This document shows positions 20,101 through 28,531 of a stretch of DNA of 44,573 nt, piece by piece. The notes beneath the pieces are model-generated. The model did no database searches, had not been told where the DNA came from, and saw nothing but the letters and a program-made list of their open reading frames with translations. Source of the stretch: a virus (lineage: Duplodnaviria > Caudoviricetes). The stretch covers positions 1-44,573 of IMG/VR virus record IMGVR_UViG_3300010293_000008. One strand, 5' to 3'. Positions within the stretch are counted from its first letter, which is position 1, and every line of letters begins with the position of its first letter. The position numbers and the translations under genes were made by a program.

Positions 20101-23100
20101 GCAGAACCCGTAACGTCATTGTTGTCATATACGACATTTCTTTGGTCATTCAACTTGCTTTCGAATCCGATAATTTCTTTATATGCCATCATTTGCTGGG
20201 CAGAAGGACTCAAATTAAATTCCGTTTCGGACTCATACGGATATTCGCTGATTGGTCTGAATTTACGCATTAAAATCTTTGCTTCAAAAGGTATTTCAAT
20301 CGCAAGATGTTTTTTCGACTTTCCGACAAATTCGTATCCGGAATTGATTCTTTCGCTTGTTTCAAGGTGATGAACGGTTGTTATATAAAGTTTATATCCA
20401 TCCGTTTCGTTGAAAGTAGATAGCGGGATCATCGGGCCAACGTGCCAAGAACCAGATTCTTCAACGCCAACCCTAAACAAGAAAGTATTTTCATCTCCGA
20501 CGTTGTTTACAAAAAGTTGTTCCGCCGCTTTTCGAATCGACGATTTAACCTCGTTTATATATTCCCCAACAATAGCAAGAGCCTTTTCGTCATATTCGAG
20601 AAAGTCGTATTGATGTATCGTGGCGTTCGGTTTTTCAAAAAACTTCGCGATATCTTGTCTTGTTGTTTTTGTTCTGTCGCGATATTCTTGTTCCACCTTC
20701 GAATTTAGTTCTCTGATTTCTGCATTCAATTTTTCGAAGAATTCCGCGGTGTCTTGTGGATTCGTTTTTGTTCTTTCGCGGTATTCTTTCATCTCTTGCA
20801 TGTAATAAACGTCATCCATATTCATACGCTTCGTTGTAACCGGATGAATGGTCGGGCGAACGTTGTCGACAGACTTCAGTTGATTCGCATTAAACACAAT
20901 ATACGAAATAACCGGTTCGTTACTGTCCGGTTTTCCTTTGACCAGATCTTTTTCAATGCCTTCAACCACAACAATCGTGTCATATCCTTTTGATTTCAAT
21001 ACTTTCAGATCTTGTTCCGAATTGAAGAATGTTCCTTCCTCAAGCGTCATTTGATGGTAAAATTCAGCAAGCGACGAGAACCCGTTATATTTCGCATAGA
21101 CTTGAACGTCAGAAAGGCCCTTGGTTGAACCTTTTTCTTCCGCTTCAAGTTCGGCGCGTTGGTTATCGAATTCTTCTTTATTTGCACCTTTTTCCATCGT
21201 TTCTTCGAAATAACGCTTGATAATGTTTTCAAGTTCTTGACCTTGGTACATCGAAGAAGCGCCGAACGGATGGACGATCGACTTTTTCGATTTGAGATAC
21301 ATTTTCATCGTGACACCGTTTTTTCCGGACTCTTCAATGTCTTTGAACCGTTCGCTAAAAGCACGATTCGGCGTAACGAAGAATCCGAGTTCGGTTCCAC
21401 TAAAACCGGTGTTTGATCCAAGCGCTTTCGAAGAAAATTCATCAAAAATGATATTCGATGAATGATACATGACCGCGACTTTTCCGTCCTTGTCACGAAC
21501 CGCTTCTTTTCCGAGGTAATCCAGTTGTTCGGCAGAGAATTCGTTTCCTTCACTATCATATACCTTTGTGTTTCGCAACGCCGTGTTTGCGACCGTTCCG
21601 ATAGAGGATTCGACTTCTTCATACGCTTCAACAAGATCGGCGACGTTGAAACCCTCGCGTAAGTTTTGACCAACTTTTGCAAGATACTCAAAGTCGATTT
21701 TTTCCAAGTTTTCCATGACGCGCTGGTGTTCGCCTTGCGTCATCAAGTCTGGCGAAACGCGAACAAGAATGTATTTTTCTGTCGGCTTCAGTTCGCTTAT
21801 ATCATGATATACCTTGTTGAAGTCGGCTCCATTCCCTTGACTACGAACGGCAAAATCGAACTTCCAGTCCGTCATCTTTTGGTATCTTTCGGCAATGCCG
21901 ACCAAAGAACGGGTTTCAAAGTCCGGATGCTTATCTTTTCGTTCGCTGAACTGACGCATATTTTTGAATGGTGTGTTTAATTTAGAGGTATCTTTCGCCC
22001 AAATCTGAAGAGCAACTTTGATCGGCTGGTACTTTGCACCCATTTTGAATGACTGCATTCCGATCGGCTCACTGTGAATAAGCGTCGTGTTTTCGTCGAC
22101 CTTTTTGTGGTTTTCAAACGACTTATGCCACGTGATAGGAACAATGACCGCGACGTATGGAGCGACTTGCAACGAACGATTAACAAACTCGGAAACATTA
22201 TCAAAAGACGGAATCCCCATAACGATTCCATTTTCGTCGTAATTCTCATGATTTCTTCCAAAAAAGGTTATTTCACCAGCAAAATCATAGAAATCTGCTT
22301 GATTTTCGAACGGTTTTACGTTCGTATAGCCAACAGATTCGAGCATTTTTAGAAAGTCATTTTGCGAAGAATTCGGGTTTATTACATTCAGTTGCGTGAC
22401 ATCAATACCATTCTCAACAAGAACTTCTGAAATTCGTTCAATGCTTCCGCGAACAATTTCTTCCATGCTCTTGTTAAGTTCAGCACCTTTTCGTTCTGCC
22501 GATCGTCTTTCTTTCGCTTCGGCGTTCGCGAGTTTTTCTTTCTGAAGTTCAGCGTCTTCTTTTAACGTTCTTTCGACAAATTCATCCGTCGGATAAACAA
22601 CATACTGGGCGCTCTTGCCATTGTTGACAATTCCGGCGGCCGTTTCAAAGATGTTCGGATATCTGATTTCGAGATAAGCATTGATGTAACCCAAGGTCGC
22701 AGCCATTTCAGTTTCGGATTCGGAAGGATTATCGAATTCCTTGACCAAAACAGCACCACCGTCAGCCGATCGCGCCTTATTAGTCCATTTAACGTCGTTC
22801 TTGTGGTCACGAATCTGCGTGTCTTCGTTCAAGTGCTTCACAATCATTTGAACGGCGTTTCGAATCACGCGCATTTCGTCCGTTTCAACGAATTCGTTTT
22901 CACGGCGTTTGTCCTCGTATACTTCTTCGGTCAAGGCAATGATTTCGGCCAAAAGATCGATATCTTCTTTCGAAAGTTCTTCGCTTATGATAATGCGAGC
23001 CTTTTTCTCGCCTTCTTCATTTTTCTGGTCGCGAACAAGGATATCGTCCATCAAATCTTCGATATTGTTTGCCGCTTTGTATCTCGCACGGTTTTCCTTT

Positions 23101-25820
23101 ATTTCAGCAATCCATCTTTTTTTCTTGGCGATTTCGCCGGACTTCGCGGCCTTGATCTTTTCCTCAAGGATATTGTTTGTTTCAACGAGCGACGTCACAT
23201 AGTCTTTGATAAGACGCATGTAGTGTTTCTTTTGCGACGGGTCATAGACAAACTTCGAAACTGCTTCATCAATCTGCTTTTGGCTCAGACGATTAATGCT
23301 TATTTCCGGCTTTTCGATTTCGTCAATAATCTCTTGATTCACATACTCGCGTAACGTGAACGTTTCGCCGTCGATCACAATATCCGATGAATTTTCGCCG
23401 GCTTCTTCCATCGCCTTGAAAAGTTTTGCAAGTCCAAAACGCTCGACAAGTTCCGGATTGAAGAACTTCGATAGGCTAAATTCTTTTCCGAGAAAGTCGC
23501 CAACAACGTAACCCAAGGTCATTTCGATTTCTGCCGTCTTTTTGATTTGTGCAGCAAATGTTTTGTCAAGTTTGTTTAGTTTTTTGTAAAGTCGAGAATC
23601 GTTTCCGGCTATCTTCTTCAGCATTTCGCTTCCGAACACCTTTTCTCGAAGCACGTCAACAAGTTTTGATTTTGTTCTTGAAATAGCACGCAAGAATGGA
23701 CCACCTTCGAATACGTTCTCCATGAAGTAAGCGACGACCTCTTCATCTACGAGTTCGGCGGTTTGTTTTGCGTCATTGTTTGTTTGTTTCAAGTAGTCGA
23801 TTAAAGAAGCGCGAATCTGATCCTCGAAGCCGCTTTCTTTCAAGTATTCGCCAAGCGCTTTGTTTGTGTAATTGAACACCGGAAGACCGGACTTTGCATC
23901 AAACGAAACTGAAACAAGGTCATTTACACCTTGTCTTATTTCTTGATATTCTTTCGGGCTTTTCTTCGATAATTTATGCACGGCCTCGTGACGCGCCAAA
24001 GTATCACGGATTTGTGTATTCGTCATACCAGAAACAGCATTTTGATTAAAATATAAAATGTTGCTTTTTTTACCGTAGAATCCCGACGTCGCTTGATCGC
24101 CATCAACTACAGCAACCGGAACGTTCATGTCTTCCGCAATCTTCAAGAGGCGTTGACCGTCCTTGTTCAAGTCAGAACGTTTTACCACATTTCGAACACC
24201 GCGTTCGCTGATGTCGACACCGCGCGTACTCGTATTGACGGCATACTCACCTTTGTTGATGGCCTTTCTTGTAAGTTTACCGTCAGCACTTCTTTCCATG
24301 ACATAGTTATCGAACATCGTCTTGTCGATTTTCTTCGCTGCTTCGGTTGTTTCGAATCGCTGAGTTTGTTCATTGTAGTGAACATACGTATCCAAACGAG
24401 TGTTTTGCAAAAACGATTTCTTTTCGTCGAGTGTGAGTTCGCCGGTGAATGTTCCGCCTTTTTCATTGACTTTGGTTCCTTTGGTTCTTTCGTCGTTCAA
24501 GCGCTCCACAAGGCTGTTTAATTCCTTGTGCATACGCGCTACAGTCGCTTGCTCACCGTTCTTTTCGACGGACATATCAAACGTCTTTCCAAAGCGTTCT
24601 GCCGCGTTTTCGACTGTTCCGTTCAAATACATCATATTTCCGGCGCCAAGGCCAGCGGACGCAAACGCGCCGCCAAGGAAAGCGAATAATGCGCGTTTAG
24701 TGAATTCGCCACTCCCAATCGCCGGCGCATCGATCTTTCGATCCGGATTAGACCACATTTCAAAACTGGTAGTTCCATACTCGGCCGCAAGTTCTTCTAT
24801 ACCCTCGTCACGAGCGTTTTTCATAATCTTGGTAAACGTAGATGTATTCGCGAGTTTTTGTGGCGTGTTTCCACCAAGGTTCTCGATTGCGGTTTCGATA
24901 AACGCACTCGCAATCGCGTAGGTATAAGCGTCTTGCAATGTCGATCCATTCACAACGGCGCGAGAATACGAATCGCCAAAAACATTCGCAAAAAAATACG
25001 ATTGCGAAACAGCGCTGACCGCTTGAGGACTCAAACCGGCTTTTGCACCGGCTTTGGCCATGTACCGCGCCGCCAAGATTGCTCCAATACTATTTACCGC
25101 ACTTGATAAACCTTGATACAATTCACTATTTCCGAATTGCTTGTCGGCAAGTTCAACAGAAACCTCGCTTTTGAATCCGTATGTTTTGCTGTTGTAAGCG
25201 GTTTTCAAAACCTTTTCTGCTTGCGAAGAAAAGTGTTCCTTGAACCTCGAACCACCAATCAGTTCGGCACGAATATCTTCGTAGTATCTGTCGTCGATTG
25301 CATTTCGAATCGAATCAAGATCCTGGCCCTTCATACCGAGCATATCGCCGCGCGCTTGCGTGAATTGGTCGTCTGCTTGCTGGGCTACGCCGTCTTTACC
25401 AAACGCCCATTCCGGATCAATACCAACTATTCGGCCAAGGTTGCCGGCTGTCGAAATCCCGAATTGAGCAACGCCCTCACCTACAGACATGAAAAAACTT
25501 CCGATTGCATAATTTATTTCAGCGTTCGGGTCTTGACCGTTCTTTGATGCATCACCAATCCTACGGATATCATTGCGAAGATTATTAGCAATCACGCCAA
25601 TGGAAAAAGCGGCATTGATTGCTGATTGCACGGCACCGTTCACAAGTTCGTAAATGAATTTGATCGGAAGAGAAACGACGCCCAAAAGCGTCTTTTTCGG
25701 ATTCACGACAGAATTCACATATTCTTCATATCTGCGAGAACCCGCTTTGTATGCTTCAATCGCTTGCGAATAAGCCTTTTCGTAGATCTGCTGTCTTGTA
25801 AGTCCTACGACTTCTGCCAT
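14175..25820 (-). CDS. giant (3881 aa) polyvalent internal virion/ejection protein: two HExxH peptidases, degenerate MTase, two ADP-ribosyltransferase-like domains, GNAT
   Basis: HEAVH..EEVVA; HETFH..NEVMA; ART-PolyVal-like YHSS..GFFVT..GYDTI..YIVFNANQLKS; LFRVG..PLSTF..ESETEF; GNAT RKHGIGTALI..FYKAGF. Last gene of the virion arm. Confidence 0.85.
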   Translation of the reverse strand: MAEVVGLTRQQIYEKAYSQAIEAYKAGSRRYEEYVNSVVNPKKTLLGVVSLPIKFIYELVNGAVQSAINAAFSIGVIANNLRNDIRRIGDASKNGQDPNAEINYAIGSFFMSVGEGVAQFGISTAGNLGRIVGIDPEWAFGKDGVAQQADDQFTQARGDMLGMKGQDLDSIRNAIDDRYYEDIRAELIGGSRFKEHFSSQAEKVLKTAYNSKTYGFKSEVSVELADKQFGNSELYQGLSSAVNSIGAILAARYMAKAGAKAGLSPQAVSAVSQSYFFANVFGDSYSRAVVNGSTLQDAYTYAIASAFIETAIENLGGNTPQKLANTSTFTKIMKNARDEGIEELAAEYGTTSFEMWSNPDRKIDAPAIGSGEFTKRALFAFLGGAFASAGLGAGNMMYLNGTVENAAERFGKTFDMSVEKNGEQATVARMHKELNSLVERLNDERTKGTKVNEKGGTFTGELTLDEKKSFLQNTRLDTYVHYNEQTQRFETTEAAKKIDKTMFDNYVMERSADGKLTRKAINKGEYAVNTSTRGVDISERGVRNVVKRSDLNKDGQRLLKIAEDMNVPVAVVDGDQATSGFYGKKSNILYFNQNAVSGMTNTQIRDTLARHEAVHKLSKKSPKEYQEIRQGVNDLVSVSFDAKSGLPVFNYTNKALGEYLKESGFEDQIRASLIDYLKQTNNDAKQTAELVDEEVVAYFMENVFEGGPFLRAISRTKSKLVDVLREKVFGSEMLKKIAGNDSRLYKKLNKLDKTFAAQIKKTAEIEMTLGYVVGDFLGKEFSLSKFFNPELVERFGLAKLFKAMEEAGENSSDIVIDGETFTLREYVNQEIIDEIEKPEISINRLSQKQIDEAVSKFVYDPSQKKHYMRLIKDYVTSLVETNNILEEKIKAAKSGEIAKKKRWIAEIKENRARYKAANNIEDLMDDILVRDQKNEEGEKKARIIISEELSKEDIDLLAEIIALTEEVYEDKRRENEFVETDEMRVIRNAVQMIVKHLNEDTQIRDHKNDVKWTNKARSADGGAVLVKEFDNPSESETEMAATLGYINAYLEIRYPNIFETAAGIVNNGKSAQYVVYPTDEFVERTLKEDAELQKEKLANAEAKERRSAERKGAELNKSMEEIVRGSIERISEVLVENGIDVTQLNVINPNSSQNDFLKMLESVGYTNVKPFENQADFYDFAGEITFFGRNHENYDENGIVMGIPSFDNVSEFVNRSLQVAPYVAVIVPITWHKSFENHKKVDENTTLIHSEPIGMQSFKMGAKYQPIKVALQIWAKDTSKLNTPFKNMRQFSERKDKHPDFETRSLVGIAERYQKMTDWKFDFAVRSQGNGADFNKVYHDISELKPTEKYILVRVSPDLMTQGEHQRVMENLEKIDFEYLAKVGQNLREGFNVADLVEAYEEVESSIGTVANTALRNTKVYDSEGNEFSAEQLDYLGKEAVRDKDGKVAVMYHSSNIIFDEFSSKALGSNTGFSGTELGFFVTPNRAFSERFKDIEESGKNGVTMKMYLKSKKSIVHPFGASSMYQGQELENIIKRYFEETMEKGANKEEFDNQRAELEAEEKGSTKGLSDVQVYAKYNGFSSLAEFYHQMTLEEGTFFNSEQDLKVLKSKGYDTIVVVEGIEKDLVKGKPDSNEPVISYIVFNANQLKSVDNVRPTIHPVTTKRMNMDDVYYMQEMKEYRERTKTNPQDTAEFFEKLNAEIRELNSKVEQEYRDRTKTTRQDIAKFFEKPNATIHQYDFLEYDEKALAIVGEYINEVKSSIRKAAEQLFVNNVGDENTFLFRVGVEESGSWHVGPMIPLSTFNETDGYKLYITTVHHLETSERINSGYEFVGKSKKHLAIEIPFEAKILMRKFRPISEYPYESETEFNLSPSAQQMMAYKEIIGFESKLNDQRNVVYDNNDVTGSASNYLLEIALKEQKIVKVIEKGLRKVGEYITGVKFETREIDDNKIESIRIETDNGVVEVWINSPYTPADNSITELYVNEKARKHGIGTALIEAVKLVTKGSISAQVSSVSSAMAFYKAGFRADVFLFNQEATREETQQVAQRRISTGSGSMYMEYGSRDITVKRVAKTYDLSAKDEKLVKGVLGEGNLEFAKDFFKLDSKGNLVLKNERVVNSNKVRDQVKVLTQSSGIKVYSSKDYAVHTAVDVVDTTINNFHGFHEYERPMLLSEMTPNERLFFDVLSTSDISFILYKSKKASDAIGYSISLPNPPFFGGNETPVVFIDMSYFHNGIEIQRMVEVAIHETFHEAFKTSPNMILYMAGNLADVLFEKDAQGKIVPTAVYSAFDNLYSGRNRYNNFLEYLKAGYGSVNKNFSKINTLEKLYQAMKQVSTNHTDQELNDYMNEVMAQMVGKLMSSKDVFEKTLHGSSSTFFSYYEIFEQIIHSGKTDATTRRLIEKAKTIYSDIMKKHMEILKKKFPSKEKYTLKELNDFLNEFTDGQFTTRGQLLNEYQKEQSNKKRGPATIAIDNIIYVSSLLSKTVQSAAALYKNIQEEFETFKRGMLLLIEHPDQALILYERRVFDFGTFKYKGTMFDLYQDMLSMHKTLHNEIVAGTAIVSIDFYEDLREMFSEFIDVYADINSDVITLFGMPKYNSMVNDVSSIIAELDRIIDIYTQDTANMTQPQMDAYFQLQTDIYIAHDLYNRGLVNNAAHYAMTNNLALLTTLMIDFKKKNDVLNEIKKDLSKGGNLNFKLLQVQKKARETMIKNLVLTIRTRVSNAVSRVAVNSRGGKSQSNRASQAPMNQDMLHVYELIEQLAKTIENNPFSAKVSVIGGTKTRIADQVVRIVDEIRQVVTLSKKLPDDVKDKVESDFVTIYSQFAALFEDRGILLTPFGKARPELQYVKLLFNEKTLASALSRIIIAFEKKYTSTFNDNMTLDEYAEMTNKQGVAILGSGEKFDGNFMGKLFKAVNPQDFFLAYIEVFGKGKNAKMSFFDDFFREYRKAAEMRGNLMMNFEKAYEQFLKSDTDYQKRSLERIDIAYNVAIQINEVAYSLLVKNINDEQEKLRNDKKANDPRLNELKRQLSVLYGEIQKRRNELAKLPQSDPQYRIIENMIKLLQAQVKPLLNERSMLRQQKRAASDKLKGFNKTKEIQDALIKYAASGKADQSMSRGEIISLYLSIAREIEMHKMVANGTGYNIQPTEHFSFGNQFHVFSDEDMRNKGYDYAKKNAKHFTLFAEDRQKVLDYLSTLLEAEDLEIIDFARARFDVNYVHANTIFSAKYQEDLPRQSTYIPFSTINGSYDRELELKVVNRSNVGAPNSLATATTLGATGALRIENIFGVVENATRMSANYSFERVISDWQNLLVNSSGGLTFGTGILSGSNSIFGVENNIADMIERMFMNVLQFSDLNESKVSKTFRKVLRNTVAATMALNIPSTIKQLASVSTIALKNNVNFGDMMKNVAIALATNNKYREWLMENNENFYHRAKSGNIPNLVDAIPASVLKGSEEAIIKLTRKLSASVGWFDNAVLVGAFMSICQEVERTATVPMTETEVFQKANELFKEVLLYGVANTDAAFRAHILNAREYAMKMLTKFQSENVLQVSALIRNRTMAKNGAKRAKYYGRRDFLAFLFSGLFTALVNGVFQIIRGNEERIDLFDLTVNEFLWGNIVGAIPIVNAFTNMIEFDKETGIRSTGFLPVIAGSKELETIASTLSTMYTGENIGRKVLRIIESAGMIIGAPIKNAVRMASTLSFILSKQGVDFFVESNNFFKSQKVQQGLSAAIKRGNEKEIAYYANEYFSNNSVKRELVNLLTNVPDASLSMRVDKNFRMKNKDGEYVDYKIKDSVYNRYNAQSQRALARLVTSGEYRNLVPKERLKAVQRVINYYYNFMKLKSVAYYASRGNNDMRKQLNANMEYLTKEPKYESDVVAQALRYAE
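20620..20790 (-). repeat. degenerate tandem duplication within the giant protein
   Basis: EYRERTKTNPQDTAEFFEKLNA and EYRDRTKTTRQDIAKFFEKPNA. Confidence 0.8.
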
Positions 25821-25835
25821 GTTTTAGCCCTCGCT

Positions 25836-27197
25836 TTATGCCCTTTTCATCGGACGAATCTTGCCATAGTTGTTGCAAACATAAAACCTTCCGTTGTAGA
25901 AAACAACCGCGTTGTTTTGAAAATCCTCGCCGTGAACCTTTTTGAATTCGGCGATAATGTTCTTTTGTTCGGTAGTGAGAACGCTTTCTTTCGATCCGCG
26001 ATCGAACATTTCACCACCGCCGAGGTGTTCTTTGTACGTGATTCCGTTTACCGTCAGCGTGTCTGCTCCGGAACTTGTTTTATACATTCCGTTTGAACTT
26101 TGGGTTTGTCCGGCCGCGACTTTCCACGTCGTCTGACCAGATTCCGGATTGTTAACGAAAGGAAGAAGCGAAGATGAACCGGGCATTTGAGAAACGAGCC
26201 TATAGAACTTTCCGCCTTTGAAAACGTAATAAATGCCACGATAATCAAGGATTTTACCATCGCTTAACGTTTTTCCGGCATATTTTTCATTGCCTTGGAA
26301 TTCCGCAAAAAGGTCATCCGACGAAACCGATTGCGGAGCGTTTTTCTTTTCCTTATCACTGTCGACGTCGTTTTGGATGCGAGCATGTTCCATTCCACCA
26401 AAGCGATAAACATCGGTACCTTTTCCAAAATCATGTTCCCCTTCAAAATAGTACGAAGGATCGTAATTTGGTTGATAATACGGATTCTCGGTTCCGTCAT
26501 CCATAGTCGGACGGCCATAATCGTACACGGTTTCCGGCTTTGCGTTTTCTTGTTCCATAAGCGACAAATATATAGAACGATACGTCGCTTCGTCCATACT
26601 TCCCTTATGCTTTTCGAGATACTCAAGAGCGCTCAGATCGCCCGTTTCCCCAGATTCGATTGCGAACATGACGTCTTGCGCACCTTTTTGCAACTTGGCT
26701 GTTTCGATTCCGAACTGCGTGAACATGATGTTGTTCAACGTTTCGTTTCTTGCTTTCTGATATTCACCAGAAAGGTTCAACTGGAGTGCATCAAAGTTCT
26801 CGTTGATTTCATTGATATGTCCTTGATAGTTCGAATAGATGTCAATCAAGTTTCCACTGACATCACCAATTTGATTATTAGAAGCATATTCACCGGCGTA
26901 TTTCTTCGACATTTCACGAATATAGTATGCGTCTTGGACTTGCTTTTGTTTCGAAGCGTCAAGAGTCGCATAGTTCTTTTGGTAATCGTCAAAGATACTT
27001 TGAAGTCCGGTTTCATATAAATACTTGCTTAATTCAAGTGATCCAAACGGAGAACGTGCCAAAGATTCCGCTGTTGGCTTTAATTGCCCACCAGAAACGG
27101 TTTTAGGCATATCACCCATAGTTCCGATGTCGGAACCTATTTTTGCGCTGTCGTAAACATCTGATAATTTTTCTTGACCGAGATCGAATTTGGACAT
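25836..27197 (-). CDS. putative internal virion/ejection protein
   Basis: GGAGG RBS. Q/N-rich helical N-terminal half. Directly upstream of the giant gene. Confidence 0.6.
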   Translation of the reverse strand: MSKFDLGQEKLSDVYDSAKIGSDIGTMGDMPKTVSGGQLKPTAESLARSPFGSLELSKYLYETGLQSIFDDYQKNYATLDASKQKQVQDAYYIREMSKKYAGEYASNNQIGDVSGNLIDIYSNYQGHINEINENFDALQLNLSGEYQKARNETLNNIMFTQFGIETAKLQKGAQDVMFAIESGETGDLSALEYLEKHKGSMDEATYRSIYLSLMEQENAKPETVYDYGRPTMDDGTENPYYQPNYDPSYYFEGEHDFGKGTDVYRFGGMEHARIQNDVDSDKEKKNAPQSVSSDDLFAEFQGNEKYAGKTLSDGKILDYRGIYYVFKGGKFYRLVSQMPGSSSLLPFVNNPESGQTTWKVAAGQTQSSNGMYKTSSGADTLTVNGITYKEHLGGGEMFDRGSKESVLTTEQKNIIAEFKKVHGEDFQNNAVVFYNGRFYVCNNYGKIRPMKRA

Positions 27198-27230
27198 AAC
27201 TTACCTCCAGCGTTGCTATTATTATACAAT

Positions 27231-27269
27231 AAAAGCCGAACTTTTGAAACGGAGTTCGGCGTTTTTTTT
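27231..27269. terminator. intrinsic terminator after the membrane-protein cluster
   Basis: AAAA-GCCGAACT...AGTTCGGC-GTTTTTTTTT. A minus-strand TATAAT lies at 27221-27226. Confidence 0.75.
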
Positions 27270-28531
27270 TATGGAATTTGATAATATGAGGTCTGCGGAC
27301 GCTCGTTTTCAGACGAATCTTTGTTATCAAGTAGTGGCCGCAAAGGATCGATTGTGATAGAGGTTGCGATTTGCTTTGAAACATCAACTGCTTTTTGGGC
27401 CGGCGTAACCGCTTTTGCAAGTTCTTCTTTTCTCTTCAGTTCATCAGCAATCCGTTTCGCAATGTCGATGTATTTTTGTTTGGCGTTTGCGAATTCGATA
27501 AGCAAGTCGCCTTTTCCAATAAAGCGAAGACGAAGTTCGTTCATGCCATAGTCAATGCCGACAAGGTACGACGAGAATGCCGTTGAAAGGATAATGAACG
27601 CGTACGACAACCCAACTTGCCAGTTCCCGATCGTGAATCCAAACACAACAGTAAGTCCGGACGCAACGATGGAAAACGACTTGGCCAACGAGGTTTTGAT
27701 AATGTAGTTTCTTTCAAAACGCGCTTGATCAATAGGAAGGAGTGATATTTTTGTTTGGCTTCTTCGAACCTTATCTTGCAACAAATCCGCGTTTGAGATT
27801 CCTTCAATTCGAATCTTGCGAATTAACTTCAGAATCTTTTTCTGCCACTTTTCTGCGACATACTCATTGGCCTTGTAGTCCTCGTACTTGATACCGGCTT
27901 GCTTTACGATACGTTCAACGGCGTCGTTATACGTTTCTTCATATTTGTCAGAACAATACTGCGAAAGATACTGTGTGTCGTTTTCGACGCGTTTTTTGCA
28001 TTCGCTATAATACTTTTGCGACGCCTTAAACTTGTCTGACTTTTGACTCGATGATACGCCGGACCTAAACATGGTACTTGCAATGTATATCGAAAGCCCA
28101 AGTGCGATGACGTTCAATGCCCAAAACTTCCAATCACCAAACACATATTTCATTTCGCCTTCGTATGCAAAATACCACTTCACCGGAACGAACGAATCGT
28201 CGTATTCTTCAACGACAAAGTAGTATTCCTTTCCATTATAAACGAAACGTTCGACCATTTCTTCCGGATACGTATTCGGTCCGAGGTCATTTGCGACGCG
28301 CCAGTTCTGAAGAATCTTTCCACCGAGATTTCGCGACGCATGAATCTCGCGAGTACCCTCCAAGGACGCGATGATGAACATGATACCAACCGCGATAAGC
28401 ACAATGAAGATGCCAACAAACGAAAGCGCCCAGCCTTTTAACTTCGATGCTTTGCTTACTGCATCCGTATAATTGCTGTTTGCATCGTCCGGCCGAACGA
28501 TCACTTCCGGTTTAGACGTTTCCAAAGTCAT
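27269..28531 (-). CDS. polytopic membrane protein (about 4 TM)
   Basis: Hydrophobic spans WALSFVGIFIVLIAVGIMFIIASL, FWALNVIALGLSIYIASTMF, FSIVASGLTVVFGFTIG, VGLSYAFIILSTAFSSYLVGI. Confidence 0.8.
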   Translation of the reverse strand: MTLETSKPEVIVRPDDANSNYTDAVSKASKLKGWALSFVGIFIVLIAVGIMFIIASLEGTREIHASRNLGGKILQNWRVANDLGPNTYPEEMVERFVYNGKEYYFVVEEYDDSFVPVKWYFAYEGEMKYVFGDWKFWALNVIALGLSIYIASTMFRSGVSSSQKSDKFKASQKYYSECKKRVENDTQYLSQYCSDKYEETYNDAVERIVKQAGIKYEDYKANEYVAEKWQKKILKLIRKIRIEGISNADLLQDKVRRSQTKISLLPIDQARFERNYIIKTSLAKSFSIVASGLTVVFGFTIGNWQVGLSYAFIILSTAFSSYLVGIDYGMNELRLRFIGKGDLLIEFANAKQKYIDIAKRIADELKRKEELAKAVTPAQKAVDVSKQIATSITIDPLRPLLDNKDSSENERPQTSYYQIP

